DNA of 43,985 nucleotides, taken from Verrucomicrobiota bacterium (GTDB lineage Bacteria > Verrucomicrobiota > Verrucomicrobiia > Limisphaerales > JADLHS01). Below, in pieces: positions 8,045-16,202 of the stretch. The notes below the pieces were generated by a model. That model saw only the letters and a program-made list of their open reading frames with translations. It made no database searches and was not told where the DNA came from. A program made the position numbers and the translations under genes. The stretch lies in assembly GCA_035327385.1 (NCBI GenBank), contig DAOLDN010000001.1, forward strand, positions 1-43,985, written 5' to 3'. Positions within the stretch are counted from its first letter, which is position 1. Each line of letters opens with the position of its first letter.

Positions 8045-8530
8045 ATGAGTTTCACTGTTCCAGCCAACTTGGAAGCCGAGATTGACGAGCTGATCACGCA
8101 TTATCCCGTGAAGCGCAGTGCGTCGCTCATGTTGCTGCACGCGTTGCAGGAGCACTTCGGCTACATCTCGCCCGAAGCGACCGAATGGGTCGCAAAGAAA
8201 CTCGGTTTGCAACCCATCAACGTTCACGAACTCGTGACGTTCTATCCAATGTTCCGTCAGTCAGCGCCGGGCAAATATCAGATCAAGGTCTGTCGCACGT
8301 TGAGCTGCGCGCTCGGTGGTTCGCACAAGTTACACGAACATTTCTGCACCAAACTCGGCCTCGATCCGCACGCGCACGGGTTGCAGACCTCGAAGGATGG
8401 CAAGTTTTCGGTCGAATTTGTGGAATGTCTTGCCGGTTGCGGCATGGCACCGGTGATGATGTGCAACGAGGATTTTTACGAAGGCGTCACGAACGCCAAA
8501 GCGGACGAAATCATGGGAGGCTGCAAATGA
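8045..8530 (+). CDS. nuoE: NADH-quinone oxidoreductase subunit E
   Basis: 2Fe-2S motif CRTLSCALGG ... VECLAGCGMAPVMM. Confidence 0.95.
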   Translation: MSFTVPANLEAEIDELITHYPVKRSASLMLLHALQEHFGYISPEATEWVAKKLGLQPINVHELVTFYPMFRQSAPGKYQIKVCRTLSCALGGSHKLHEHFCTKLGLDPHAHGLQTSKDGKFSVEFVECLAGCGMAPVMMCNEDFYEGVTNAKADEIMGGCK

Positions 8531-9003
8531 AGAAGCCGGGCCTCTATCTTGAAACCTCGATTGTGAGTTATCTCACCGCGAGACCGGCGAAAGATTTGAA
8601 CACGGCGGCGCACCAACAGATTACGGTGGAGTGGTGGGACACGAAGCGGAAGGGTTTCGACATCTACATCTCGAACGTGGTGGTGCGGGAGGCGGCTGCG
8701 GGTGATGCGGAAGTTGCGCAACGACGGTTAAAGATTTTGAAACCACTGCCGTTATTGCCGATCAACCGCGAGGTAGTCGCGCTCGCCCGAAAGTTTGGCA
8801 AGTTGGGCTGCGTGCCAGCGAAGGCCGCAGACGACGCTCTGCACATCGCGCTGGCGGCAGTGCATGGCGTACATTTTCTACTGACGTGGAACTGCACGCA
8901 CATCAACAACGTGGCGACGATTGATGAGATTCGGGAAGTTTGTGAGAATCATGGCTATGCATGTCCGGTCATTTGCACCCCGGACGAGTTGATTCGAATT
9001 TGA
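8527..9003 (+). CDS. PIN-domain (VapC-like) protein
   Basis: The ATG overlaps the nuoE TGA (ATGA). LYLETSIVSYL, a central acidic stretch, and DDALHIALAAVHGVHFLLTWNCTH resemble the PIN fold. The upstream part of the track ORF (8185-8526) is an out-of-frame overlap of nuoE. Confidence 0.65.
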   Translation: MKKPGLYLETSIVSYLTARPAKDLNTAAHQQITVEWWDTKRKGFDIYISNVVVREAAAGDAEVAQRRLKILKPLPLLPINREVVALARKFGKLGCVPAKAADDALHIALAAVHGVHFLLTWNCTHINNVATIDEIREVCENHGYACPVICTPDELIRI

Positions 9004-9006
9004 GTT

Positions 9007-9222
9007 ATGAAAGATCCAATTATTGCAGAGCTTCGTAAGATCCGCGATGCGCATGCTGCGAAGTTCAACTATGACTTCGATGCCATCGCTGCCGACTGGT
9101 TTAAGCAGGAGGCTGCTGCCCGGCGTGCTGGCCAAAAGTTTGTGGACTTGTCCGCCAAGCGAAAGCCGCGCCCGCGTCATCGTTCGGTTACGGTGAAGTC
9201 CAGCAAGGGGCGCAAAGCGTGA
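9007..9222 (+). CDS. small basic-tailed protein, putative partner of the PIN protein
   Basis: 71 aa, starting 3 nt after the PIN gene. MKDPIIAELRKIRDAHAAKFNYDFDAIAADW followed by a Lys/Arg-rich tail. Confidence 0.5.
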   Translation: MKDPIIAELRKIRDAHAAKFNYDFDAIAADWFKQEAAARRAGQKFVDLSAKRKPRPRHRSVTVKSSKGRKA

Positions 9223-9251
9223 ATCGCAAATCCGAAATCGTAAATGGAGAG

Positions 9252-9325
9252 TGGTTGCCCGACATGGATTTGAACCATGACAAACAGATTCAGAGTCTGC
9301 TGTGCTACCGTTACACCATCGGGCA
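9252..9325 (-). tRNA. tRNA-Gln (anticodon CUG), CCA encoded
   Basis: The reverse complement folds as a cloverleaf. Acceptor UGCCCGA/UCGGGCA. D arm GUGU-AACGGUA-GCAC. Anticodon stem GCAGA/UCUGU with loop CUCUGAA. Variable region UUGU. T arm CAUGG-UUCAAAU-CCAUG. Discriminator A, then CCA. 74 nt. Confidence 0.85.
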
Positions 9326-9378
9326 AACCGACGTGTCGCACAGGCTAGATATTTCCCTCTCAGAGTCAAGAAACTGAT

Positions 9379-10803
9379 ATGCCGCAAGAGTTCAAACTCA
9401 TCCTGAAGCACGCCGACCAGCCGGGTTACACCCCCGACATCGAATGCTATTTGCGGCACGGCGGCTATGACGCGCTCAAGAAGGCACTCGCGATCCAGCC
9501 TAAGGATTTGGCTGACGGCAAGAAAGCGTCGCCGCAGGAACAGATTCGCGATGACGTGAAGCTCTCCGGCTTGCGCGGTCGCGGCGGTGCGGGTTTCTCG
9601 TGCGGACTCAAGTGGAGCTTCGTGGATCGTCGCAGCGGCAAGCCCATTTACCTGATCTGCAACGCCGACGAATCCGAGCCCGGCACGTTCAAGGATCGTC
9701 AGATCATCCACAAAGATCCGCATCAGCTCATCGAGGGCATGATTATCTCGTGCTTCGCGAACGACGTGAAGCTTGCCTACATCTACATCCGCGGCGAAAT
9801 GCCGAAGGGAGCAAAGTTGCTGAACGCGGCTTTGGCCGAAGCGCGCGCGAAAAATTTTCTCGGAAAAAACATTCTCGGCAGCGGTTACGATCTGGAGATT
9901 CATGTGCATCGCGGCGCGGGGGCTTACATCTGCGGCGAGGAGACTGGCCTGATCGAATCGCTCGAAGGCAAGCGGCCTTATCCGCGCATCAAGCCGCCGT
10001 ATTTCCCGGCGGTGCTTGGGCTCTACATGTGCCCGACCATCGTCAACAACGTCGAGACGCTCTGCAACGTGAAGCACATCGTCGCGATGGGCGGCGCGGA
10101 GTTCGCCAAGCTCGGCACGCCGAACAACACCGGCACGCGCATCGTGAGTTTGAGCGGTCAGGTGAAACGCCCCGGCTATTACGAAATCGAAGTCGGCAAG
10201 GTCACGCTCGGCCAGTTGATCAACGATGCGAATTTCGGCGGCGGCTTGCGCGATGGTCGCAAGCTCAAGGCGATTATTCCCGGCGGCTCGTCCTCGAAGA
10301 TTTTGAAAGCGAGCGAGAAATTCAAACTCAAGCGCAAGGTGGACGGCAAGGACGTTGAAATTGAAACCGACGTGCTGGATTTGCCCTACGATTTTGATTC
10401 GCTCATGGCGGCGGGCACGATGTCTGGTTCGAGCGCGATCATCGTCATGGACGACAGCGTGGACATCGTCGAAGCGCTGGCGAATCTCAGTGAATTTTAC
10501 GCGCACGAAAGCTGCGGCCAATGCACGCCGTGCCGCGAAGGTTCGCTTTGGATGAGCAAGACGTTGCATCGCCTCACGCACGGTCACGGTCGCAAGGGCG
10601 ACGCGGATTATCTCGAGAAGATCGCGAACAACATCCCCGGCGGCCGCACGATCTGCGCGTTCGGCGAAGCGTGTTCGTGGCCGGTGCAAAGTTTCGTCGC
10701 CAAATTCCGGGACGATTTCGTCGCGAAAGGCGCAGCGGACGAAGAGCGCAACAAGCAGGCCACGCCCGCGAAGGAAAAGAATTTAGCCGCAGCCGCACAC
10801 TGA
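9379..10803 (+). CDS. nuoF: NADH-quinone oxidoreductase subunit F
   Basis: Matching stretches are GRGGAGFSCGLKW, GAGAYICGEETGLIESLEGKRPYPR and ESCGQCTPCREG. Confidence 0.95.
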   Translation: MPQEFKLILKHADQPGYTPDIECYLRHGGYDALKKALAIQPKDLADGKKASPQEQIRDDVKLSGLRGRGGAGFSCGLKWSFVDRRSGKPIYLICNADESEPGTFKDRQIIHKDPHQLIEGMIISCFANDVKLAYIYIRGEMPKGAKLLNAALAEARAKNFLGKNILGSGYDLEIHVHRGAGAYICGEETGLIESLEGKRPYPRIKPPYFPAVLGLYMCPTIVNNVETLCNVKHIVAMGGAEFAKLGTPNNTGTRIVSLSGQVKRPGYYEIEVGKVTLGQLINDANFGGGLRDGRKLKAIIPGGSSSKILKASEKFKLKRKVDGKDVEIETDVLDLPYDFDSLMAAGTMSGSSAIIVMDDSVDIVEALANLSEFYAHESCGQCTPCREGSLWMSKTLHRLTHGHGRKGDADYLEKIANNIPGGRTICAFGEACSWPVQSFVAKFRDDFVAKGAADEERNKQATPAKEKNLAAAAH

Positions 10804-10818
10804 TAAACTATAAGACGT

Positions 10819-11052
10819 ATGAGCACGACAACTGAAAAAGTTTGTATCGAAGCCCTGAGCCTCCCGCGCGATGCCCGGGCGGAGATCGCCCATCGTCTGC
10901 TGGTGAGTTTGGAGACCGAAGATTTCTCGGATGACGTCAGCGAAACTTGGAAAAGCGAGATCAACCTGCGGCGGCAGGATTTCCGCGAAGGAAAGGCGAA
11001 TGCCGTATCCGCCGAAGAAGCAATCCGTCGCGCCCAGGCTGCGATTGAATGA
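10819..11052 (+). CDS. putative addiction-module antitoxin
   Basis: 77 aa. ALSLPRDARAEIAHRLLVSLE...WKSEINLRRQDFREGKA resembles the 'addiction module component' antitoxin family. It precedes a RelE/ParE gene with an ATGA overlap. Confidence 0.7.
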   Translation: MSTTTEKVCIEALSLPRDARAEIAHRLLVSLETEDFSDDVSETWKSEINLRRQDFREGKANAVSAEEAIRRAQAAIE

Positions 11053-11345
11053 AACCCGTCATCCTTCACTGTGAAGCCGATGTTGAACTTACCGCCGCCG
11101 CCAAGCGTTATGCTTGTCAAAGTCCTGAGTTGGCTCGGGACTTCGTGCGGGCGTTCCGCGCGGCGAAGGATGCCATTGAGAAGCAACCGGATCGCTTCTC
11201 CTTTCTGGACAAACCAGTCCGGCGAGTACGGGTTTCCGGGTTTCCGTATCGAATCGTTTACGAAGAAATGGACAACTGTGTTCAAGTGTTGGCGGTCATG
11301 CACGACAGCCGCGAACCCGGTTATTGGAAAAGCAGATTGAGTTAA
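11049..11345 (+). CDS. RelE/ParE-family toxin
   Basis: 98 aa. EL..AAKRYA...FPYRIVYEEMDNCVQVLAVMHDSREPGYW is the typical plasmid-stabilisation toxin pattern. Confidence 0.8.
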   Translation: MKPVILHCEADVELTAAAKRYACQSPELARDFVRAFRAAKDAIEKQPDRFSFLDKPVRRVRVSGFPYRIVYEEMDNCVQVLAVMHDSREPGYWKSRLS

Positions 11346-11347
11346 AC

Positions 11348-13093
11348 ATGTCCGCCGTCGCCACAACTGAAACCAAGCCCGCGCCGCCCGTGATCGAAAA
11401 GATCAAGGTGAAGGTGGACGGGCGCGAAATCGAAGTGCCGAAGCTCTCGCCGGATCACACCGGCAAGCTCGTGCCCACGACGATGATTCAGGCGACCGAA
11501 GCCGCGAAGACGGATGTGCCGCATTATTGCTATCACCCGAAGCTGCCCATCGCCGGCAATTGCCGCATGTGTCTCGTCGAGTTCGGCACGCCCGCGCTCG
11601 GCCCAGATCGCAAGCCGGTGATGAACCCCGACGGCACGCCGAAGATCGCGAAGTCGCCGCGCCCGGCCATCGCCTGCGCTACGCCGATTTCGCCTGGCAT
11701 GGAGATTTACACCAAGACGCCCGCCGTGAAGCAAATGCGCGAGGGCGTGTTGGAATCGCTGCTCATCAATCACCCGCTTGATTGTCCGATCTGCGACCAG
11801 GCCGGCGAATGCAAGCTCCAGGAATATTCCGTGGACTACGGCCAGAGCGCGAGCCGCTTTGTCGAGGCGAAGGTTCACAAGCCCAAGGCCGTTGATCTCG
11901 GGCCGCGCATCATGCTCGATGCGGAACGTTGCATTCTCTGCACGCGTTGCATCCGCTTCACGCGCGACGTGGCAGGCGACGACGCGCTCGGCATCGTGAA
12001 TCGCGGCAGTTACAACACGATCGCGACGTATCCGGGCATGCCGTTCAACAACAACTACACGTTGAACACCGTGGACATCTGTCCGGTGGGCGCGCTCACG
12101 TCGAAGGATTTTCGTTTCCAGATGCGCGTGTGGTTTCTCAAGGAAACCAAGAGCGTCTGCACGAGTTGCGCGACGGGCTGCAACATCCTCATCAGCTCGC
12201 GCGAGGAGAAGATTTACCGCTACACGCCGCGCGACAATGACGGCGTCAACGGCCCGTGGATGTGCGACGCCGGGCGCTTGAACTACAAGTGGATTCAGCG
12301 CGAAGACCGCTTGAAAGACGTTTTGGTGCGCGGCGAAAAATCGTCGTGGACCGTGGCGCTCAGCGAGATCGCCGACAAATTGAAGCAAGCTCCGGCAGGC
12401 TCGGTGGCGATTGTCGCGTCCGCGCGGCAGACGAACGAGGAACTCTGGCTGTTAAGCAAGCTCAAAGCGAAGCTCGGCGCGATCAGTGATTCCGTCCCAC
12501 GCATCGGCAAGGGCGACAATCTGCTCGTGGACGAGGACAAAAATCCGAACACGAACGGCGCGCGCCTCACCGGCATGAGCTTTACCGAGATGGGAATCAA
12601 CCTCTCGAAGATCGCGGCGGGCATTGCGCGCGGCGAGATCAAGACGTTGATTGTCTTCGGCGAGGATTTGCTGATGAATTCGGTCCAGAGCGACAAGCTG
12701 CGCGAGAAGGAACTCACCAGCGAAGTCATTAGCGAACACGGCATCACGGCGGAACTGCTCGGCAAGCTGGACACGCTCATCGTGAGCGACATCTTGCCAA
12801 ACGCGACGGCGAAATATGCGCACTACGTGTTGCCCGGCTGCGCGCACGCCGAGAAACGTGGCTCGTTCACGAATCGCGACGGTCGCGTGCAAAAGTTCAT
12901 GCAGGCGATCCAGCCCAAGGGCGACGCGCGCGCCGAATGGGATTTCCTGCACGATCTGGTTTTCAACGTCACCGGCAAGAATGGTTTCCTGACCATCGAA
13001 GGTTTGTTCAACGAGATGGCAAAAGATGTTCCGGCGTTCAGCGGCCTCACCTGGGCCGGCTTGGGTGATGCGGGTGTGACAGTGAAGATTTGA
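11348..13093 (+). CDS. nuoG: NADH-quinone oxidoreductase subunit G
   Basis: Start at ATG 11348, 2 nt after the RelE TAA. Matching stretches are CYHPKLPIAGNCRMCLVEFG, HPLDCPICDQAGECKLQE, CILCTRCIRF and CPVGALT. Confidence 0.92.
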   Translation: MSAVATTETKPAPPVIEKIKVKVDGREIEVPKLSPDHTGKLVPTTMIQATEAAKTDVPHYCYHPKLPIAGNCRMCLVEFGTPALGPDRKPVMNPDGTPKIAKSPRPAIACATPISPGMEIYTKTPAVKQMREGVLESLLINHPLDCPICDQAGECKLQEYSVDYGQSASRFVEAKVHKPKAVDLGPRIMLDAERCILCTRCIRFTRDVAGDDALGIVNRGSYNTIATYPGMPFNNNYTLNTVDICPVGALTSKDFRFQMRVWFLKETKSVCTSCATGCNILISSREEKIYRYTPRDNDGVNGPWMCDAGRLNYKWIQREDRLKDVLVRGEKSSWTVALSEIADKLKQAPAGSVAIVASARQTNEELWLLSKLKAKLGAISDSVPRIGKGDNLLVDEDKNPNTNGARLTGMSFTEMGINLSKIAAGIARGEIKTLIVFGEDLLMNSVQSDKLREKELTSEVISEHGITAELLGKLDTLIVSDILPNATAKYAHYVLPGCAHAEKRGSFTNRDGRVQKFMQAIQPKGDARAEWDFLHDLVFNVTGKNGFLTIEGLFNEMAKDVPAFSGLTWAGLGDAGVTVKI

Positions 13094-13265
13094 TTTGTAG
13101 CAGCCGACGAACGCGACGGACAATTCTGCAACAAGCTGTTGCAGGATTTGACGCAGCACGGGCTGGGAAGTCTGCGCTACGAACAGTGCGGTTTCGCGGA
13201 AGTCAGAGTGAACTTGCCGCCGGGCGGCGTGACAATCGAGATCTGATTGGCAATAGTATTGAGGT

Positions 13266-13481
13266 ATGAGTGTGACACTTGAACTACCGTTCCAGGTAAC
13301 GGACGAAGAAGTGCGGCTGGCGCTGGCGGTGCGGCTGTTTGAGAAAGGCCGCGTGACGCTTGGGCAGGCGGCAAAACTGGCGGGCTTCACCAAACGCGCC
13401 TTTATTGACGTGCTGGGGCGCGAAGGCGTGCCCGTCTCAAACTATCCGGCTGAAGAACTCGAAAAGGAAGTTCGCCGGTGA
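13266..13481 (+). CDS. UPF0175-family antitoxin-like protein
   Basis: 71 aa. LAVRLFEKGRVTLGQAAKLAGFTKRAFIDVLGREGVPV is the UPF0175 pattern. Confidence 0.75.
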   Translation: MSVTLELPFQVTDEEVRLALAVRLFEKGRVTLGQAAKLAGFTKRAFIDVLGREGVPVSNYPAEELEKEVRR

Positions 13482-13927
13482 GCCGCATCATCGTCAGCGA
13501 TAGTGCGTGCTTGATTGGACTCGAACGAATTCAACAACTCGATTTGTTGCCGGGCTTGTTCGATGAGGTGTTTGTGCCGCCCGCAGTCGCTGCTGAGTTT
13601 GGAACTCCGCTTGCGTGGCTGAAAGTGCGCGCACCGCAAGACGCGGGGTTCGTCTCCGCGATGAAATTGCTGGCTGACGACGGCGAAGCGGAAGCAATCG
13701 CCTTGGCAAAGGAACTCGGTTGTGAAGTGATTCTGGACGATTTACCCGCGCGCAAACTGGCGGCAAAACAAAATGTCAGTGTTGTCGGGCTGCTTGGTTT
13801 GCTGGTGCGTGCGAAAAACTCCAGGCGGTTGACCGAAATTCGTCCGTTGGTCGAGGCGCTGCGTCGCGAGAATTTCTTTTTCAGCGAGGCGCTGGTTGCC
13901 GAGGCCCTGCGGCTGGCGCGGGAATGA
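13478..13927 (+). CDS. DUF3368 (PIN-like) protein
   Basis: The GTG overlaps the upstream TGA (GTGA). IIVSDSACLIGLERIQQLDLLPGLFDEVFVPPAV...GEAEAIALAKELG. The UPF0175/DUF3368 pairing is a recurrent module. Confidence 0.75.
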   Translation: MSRIIVSDSACLIGLERIQQLDLLPGLFDEVFVPPAVAAEFGTPLAWLKVRAPQDAGFVSAMKLLADDGEAEAIALAKELGCEVILDDLPARKLAAKQNVSVVGLLGLLVRAKNSRRLTEIRPLVEALRRENFFFSEALVAEALRLARE

Positions 13928-13936
13928 TTTATTGAA

Positions 13937-15013
13937 ATGATTGAGTGGTTTAATAATTTGGATGCGACAACGCAGTTCGTGATTTTCACGGGCCTCAAAG
14001 CCGTCGCGTGCTTCGCCATCATGATGACCATGGTGGCGTACACGGTCGTGCTCGAACGCCGGCTCTGCGCGTGGATTCAAGATCGCATCGGACCGAACCG
14101 GGTCGGTCCGTTCGGCTTGTTGCAGCCAGCCGCCGATGGCATTAAAGCCTTCTTCAAAGAAGAGATTACCCCGGCCCATGTGCGCAAAGTGTTCTTCACG
14201 CTGGCGCCGATGATTGCACTCATCCCGGCCATTCTGAATCTCGCGGTGATTCCGTTCGGCTCGAATCTCGGCGATCAAAAGATGGTCCTCGCCGACCTCA
14301 ACGTCGGCATTCTCTACACGTTTGGCATCGTCTCGCTGGGGGTTTACAGCATCGTGCTGGCGGGTTATGCGAGTAATTCCAAGTTCCCCTTCCTCGGCGG
14401 CATTCGGTCCACGGCACAGATGATTTCCTACGAAATCGCCATGGGCATGAGCGTCATCCCGATCTTTCTCTTTGTCGGTAGTCTCAATTTGAGCGACGTC
14501 ATCGCCGCGCAAACCGGCACGCAACTCGGCTTCCTGCCGAACTGGTTCGTGCTGCAAAGCCCGATGACGTTCCTCGCGTTCTGCATTTTCCTCGTGGCGG
14601 CATTTGCAGAAACGAACCGCACACCATTCGATTTGCCGGAAGCCGAGCAGGAACTCGCGGGCGGTTACAATATCGAATACAGCTCCATTAAATTTGCGAT
14701 GTTCTTCATGGGCGAATACGCGGCCATGATTTTGGTGTCGGCCATCATGGTAACGCTGTTCTTTGGCGGCTGGACGTTGCCGTGGTTTGGCCTCGATCAC
14801 GCGGCGACCACGCTGCTCGGCGGCCTGCTGCACATCGGCATTTTCCTCGGAAAGGTTTTTCTGTTCCTCGTGATGTTCGTCTGGATTCGCTGGATGTGGC
14901 CGCGCTTCCGGTACGATCAACTGATGGACTTGGGCTGGCGGCGGTTTATTCCGGTGGCGCTGGCAAACATTGTGATCACCGCGGTCTGGTTGTGGTGGCA
15001 AAGCGGCAAATAA
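13937..15013 (+). CDS. nuoH: NADH-quinone oxidoreductase subunit H
   Basis: Multi-TM ND1-like protein. Matching stretches are DRIGPNRVGPFGLLQP and PFDLPEAEQELAGGYNIEYSS. Confidence 0.95.
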   Translation: MIEWFNNLDATTQFVIFTGLKAVACFAIMMTMVAYTVVLERRLCAWIQDRIGPNRVGPFGLLQPAADGIKAFFKEEITPAHVRKVFFTLAPMIALIPAILNLAVIPFGSNLGDQKMVLADLNVGILYTFGIVSLGVYSIVLAGYASNSKFPFLGGIRSTAQMISYEIAMGMSVIPIFLFVGSLNLSDVIAAQTGTQLGFLPNWFVLQSPMTFLAFCIFLVAAFAETNRTPFDLPEAEQELAGGYNIEYSSIKFAMFFMGEYAAMILVSAIMVTLFFGGWTLPWFGLDHAATTLLGGLLHIGIFLGKVFLFLVMFVWIRWMWPRFRYDQLMDLGWRRFIPVALANIVITAVWLWWQSGK

Positions 15014-15014
15014 C

Positions 15015-15557
15015 ATGATCGTCAAACGCAAACCATTGAATCTCGCGGAGCGGCTTTATTTGCCGGCCATCATCGGCGGCTTCAAAGTCACGCTGCGCCA
15101 TCTCTTCAAAAAGAAGGTGACGATGCAGTATCCCGAAGAGAAATGGGTCGTGCCCGAAGGTTATCGCGGCGCGCCATATCTCGTGAAGGATCAGGAAGGC
15201 AGCACCAAGTGCGTGAGCTGCCAGCTTTGCGAATTCGTCTGTCCGCCGAAAGCCATCAAAATTACGCCGCCCGGTCCAGCAGGCCAACTCGCGGATCGCC
15301 CGAACGCGGAGAAGATGCCAAAGGAATTCGAGATCAACATGCTGCGGTGCATCTTCTGCGGCTTCTGCCAGGAAGTCTGCCCCGAGGAAGCGATCTTCCT
15401 GCAAAAAGATTATTCGCTCACCGGCACGAGCCGCGCGGAGATGATTTACAACAAAGAAAAACTCCTCGCCCTCGGCGGCACACACGCGGGCGTCCAGAAA
15501 TGGAAGCACAAAGCGGAAGAAGCCAAGGCGCAGGAAAGTTTCCCGGTGAAAGTGTGA
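15015..15557 (+). CDS. nuoI: NADH-quinone oxidoreductase subunit I
   Basis: Two 4Fe-4S motifs, CVSCQLCEFVCP and CIFCGFCQEVCP. Confidence 0.95.
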   Translation: MIVKRKPLNLAERLYLPAIIGGFKVTLRHLFKKKVTMQYPEEKWVVPEGYRGAPYLVKDQEGSTKCVSCQLCEFVCPPKAIKITPPGPAGQLADRPNAEKMPKEFEINMLRCIFCGFCQEVCPEEAIFLQKDYSLTGTSRAEMIYNKEKLLALGGTHAGVQKWKHKAEEAKAQESFPVKV

Positions 15558-15559
15558 CG

Positions 15560-15694
15560 ATGAAGCTCCAAACACCAACATCCAACATCCAGGGAAGCAC
15601 CAAGCTTCAAGCTCCAATCGAGGCGCGCGGCGGTATTGGTGTTTGGGATTTGGATGTTCTCTGGAGCTTGGAGCTTGGAGCTTGGAATTTTTAG
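15560..15694 (+). repeat. family A heptamer palindrome, copy 2 (44-codon bridging ORF)
   Basis: ATG 15560 lies 2 nt after the nuoI TGA. The TAG at 15692-15694 lies 1 nt before the nuoJ ATG. Contains a (CCAACAT) array, CCAGGGAA...TTCTCTGG, and (GGAGCTT)3. Confidence 0.85.
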
Positions 15695-15695
15695 A

Positions 15696-16202
15696 ATGGC
15701 AATCCCCGACATCTTATTTTACGTCTTCGCGATTGCGACGCTCTTATTTGGGGCGCTCGTCGTCGCGAATCCGTTTAGCCGCAACCCGGTCACGAGCGCG
15801 ATGTTTCTCGTGCTCACGATTATTTCCATGGCGGGATTGTTCGTGCTGCTGCACGCCTTCTTCCTCGCGGCCGTGCAAGTGGTGGTTTATGCAGGCGCGG
15901 TCATGGTGCTGTTTCTCTTCGTCATCATGCTGCTCGATTTGAAGGAGGAAGAGCGTCGCAAAATCAAACTGACAGGGTTGGTGGCAGGCGTGATTTCTGT
16001 CGGAGCCATCGTCGGCATCTTTATCCGCTCGCTGCTGGCAACACATCCGGGCAAAGACGCAAACCCCGCCGCAATTGGCGACACCGCCGCGCTGGGCAAA
16101 TTACTGTTCACGAAATATCTGCTGCCGTTTGAAATCATCTCCGTGTTGCTGCTGGTGGCGATGGTGGGCGTGATTCTCCTAAGCAAAAAGGACCTAAAAT
16201 AG
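15696..16202 (+). CDS. nuoJ: NADH-quinone oxidoreductase subunit J
   Basis: Start trimmed to MAIPDILFYVFAIATLLFG, outside the repeat. Hydrophobic ND6-like protein. Confidence 0.9.
   Translation: MAIPDILFYVFAIATLLFGALVVANPFSRNPVTSAMFLVLTIISMAGLFVLLHAFFLAAVQVVVYAGAVMVLFLFVIMLLDLKEEERRKIKLTGLVAGVISVGAIVGIFIRSLLATHPGKDANPAAIGDTAALGKLLFTKYLLPFEIISVLLLVAMVGVILLSKKDLK

Noticed and set aside
8185-8526. N-terminal 114 codons of the 272-aa track ORF 8185-9003.
   Set aside because: This part overlaps nuoE in another frame and has no family resemblance. The PIN-like sequence begins at ATG 8527, which overlaps the nuoE stop.
8878-10689. 603-aa minus-strand ORF antisense to nuoF, and similar ones at 11342-12388, 13742-15031, 17261-18136, 22816-24384, 24497-25279, 28692-30149 and 32407-33888.
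   Set aside because: They lie opposite genes with unmistakable family motifs. Their translations are Arg/His/Ala-rich low-complexity sequence typical of shadow ORFs in high-GC DNA. No start-site or domain support.
15636-15695. Track-ORF N-terminal extensions running through repeats or leaders (nuoJ 15636, nuoK 16658, nuoL 17144, nuoN 24431, rplM 26013, argC 28998, methyltransferase 30157, transporter 31999, argJ 33993, argB 41307, yhcG 18895, nuoG 11324).
   Set aside because: The extensions are encoded by repeat arms or by the 3' end of the preceding gene. Family N-termini align with the internal ATG/GTG chosen in the feature list.
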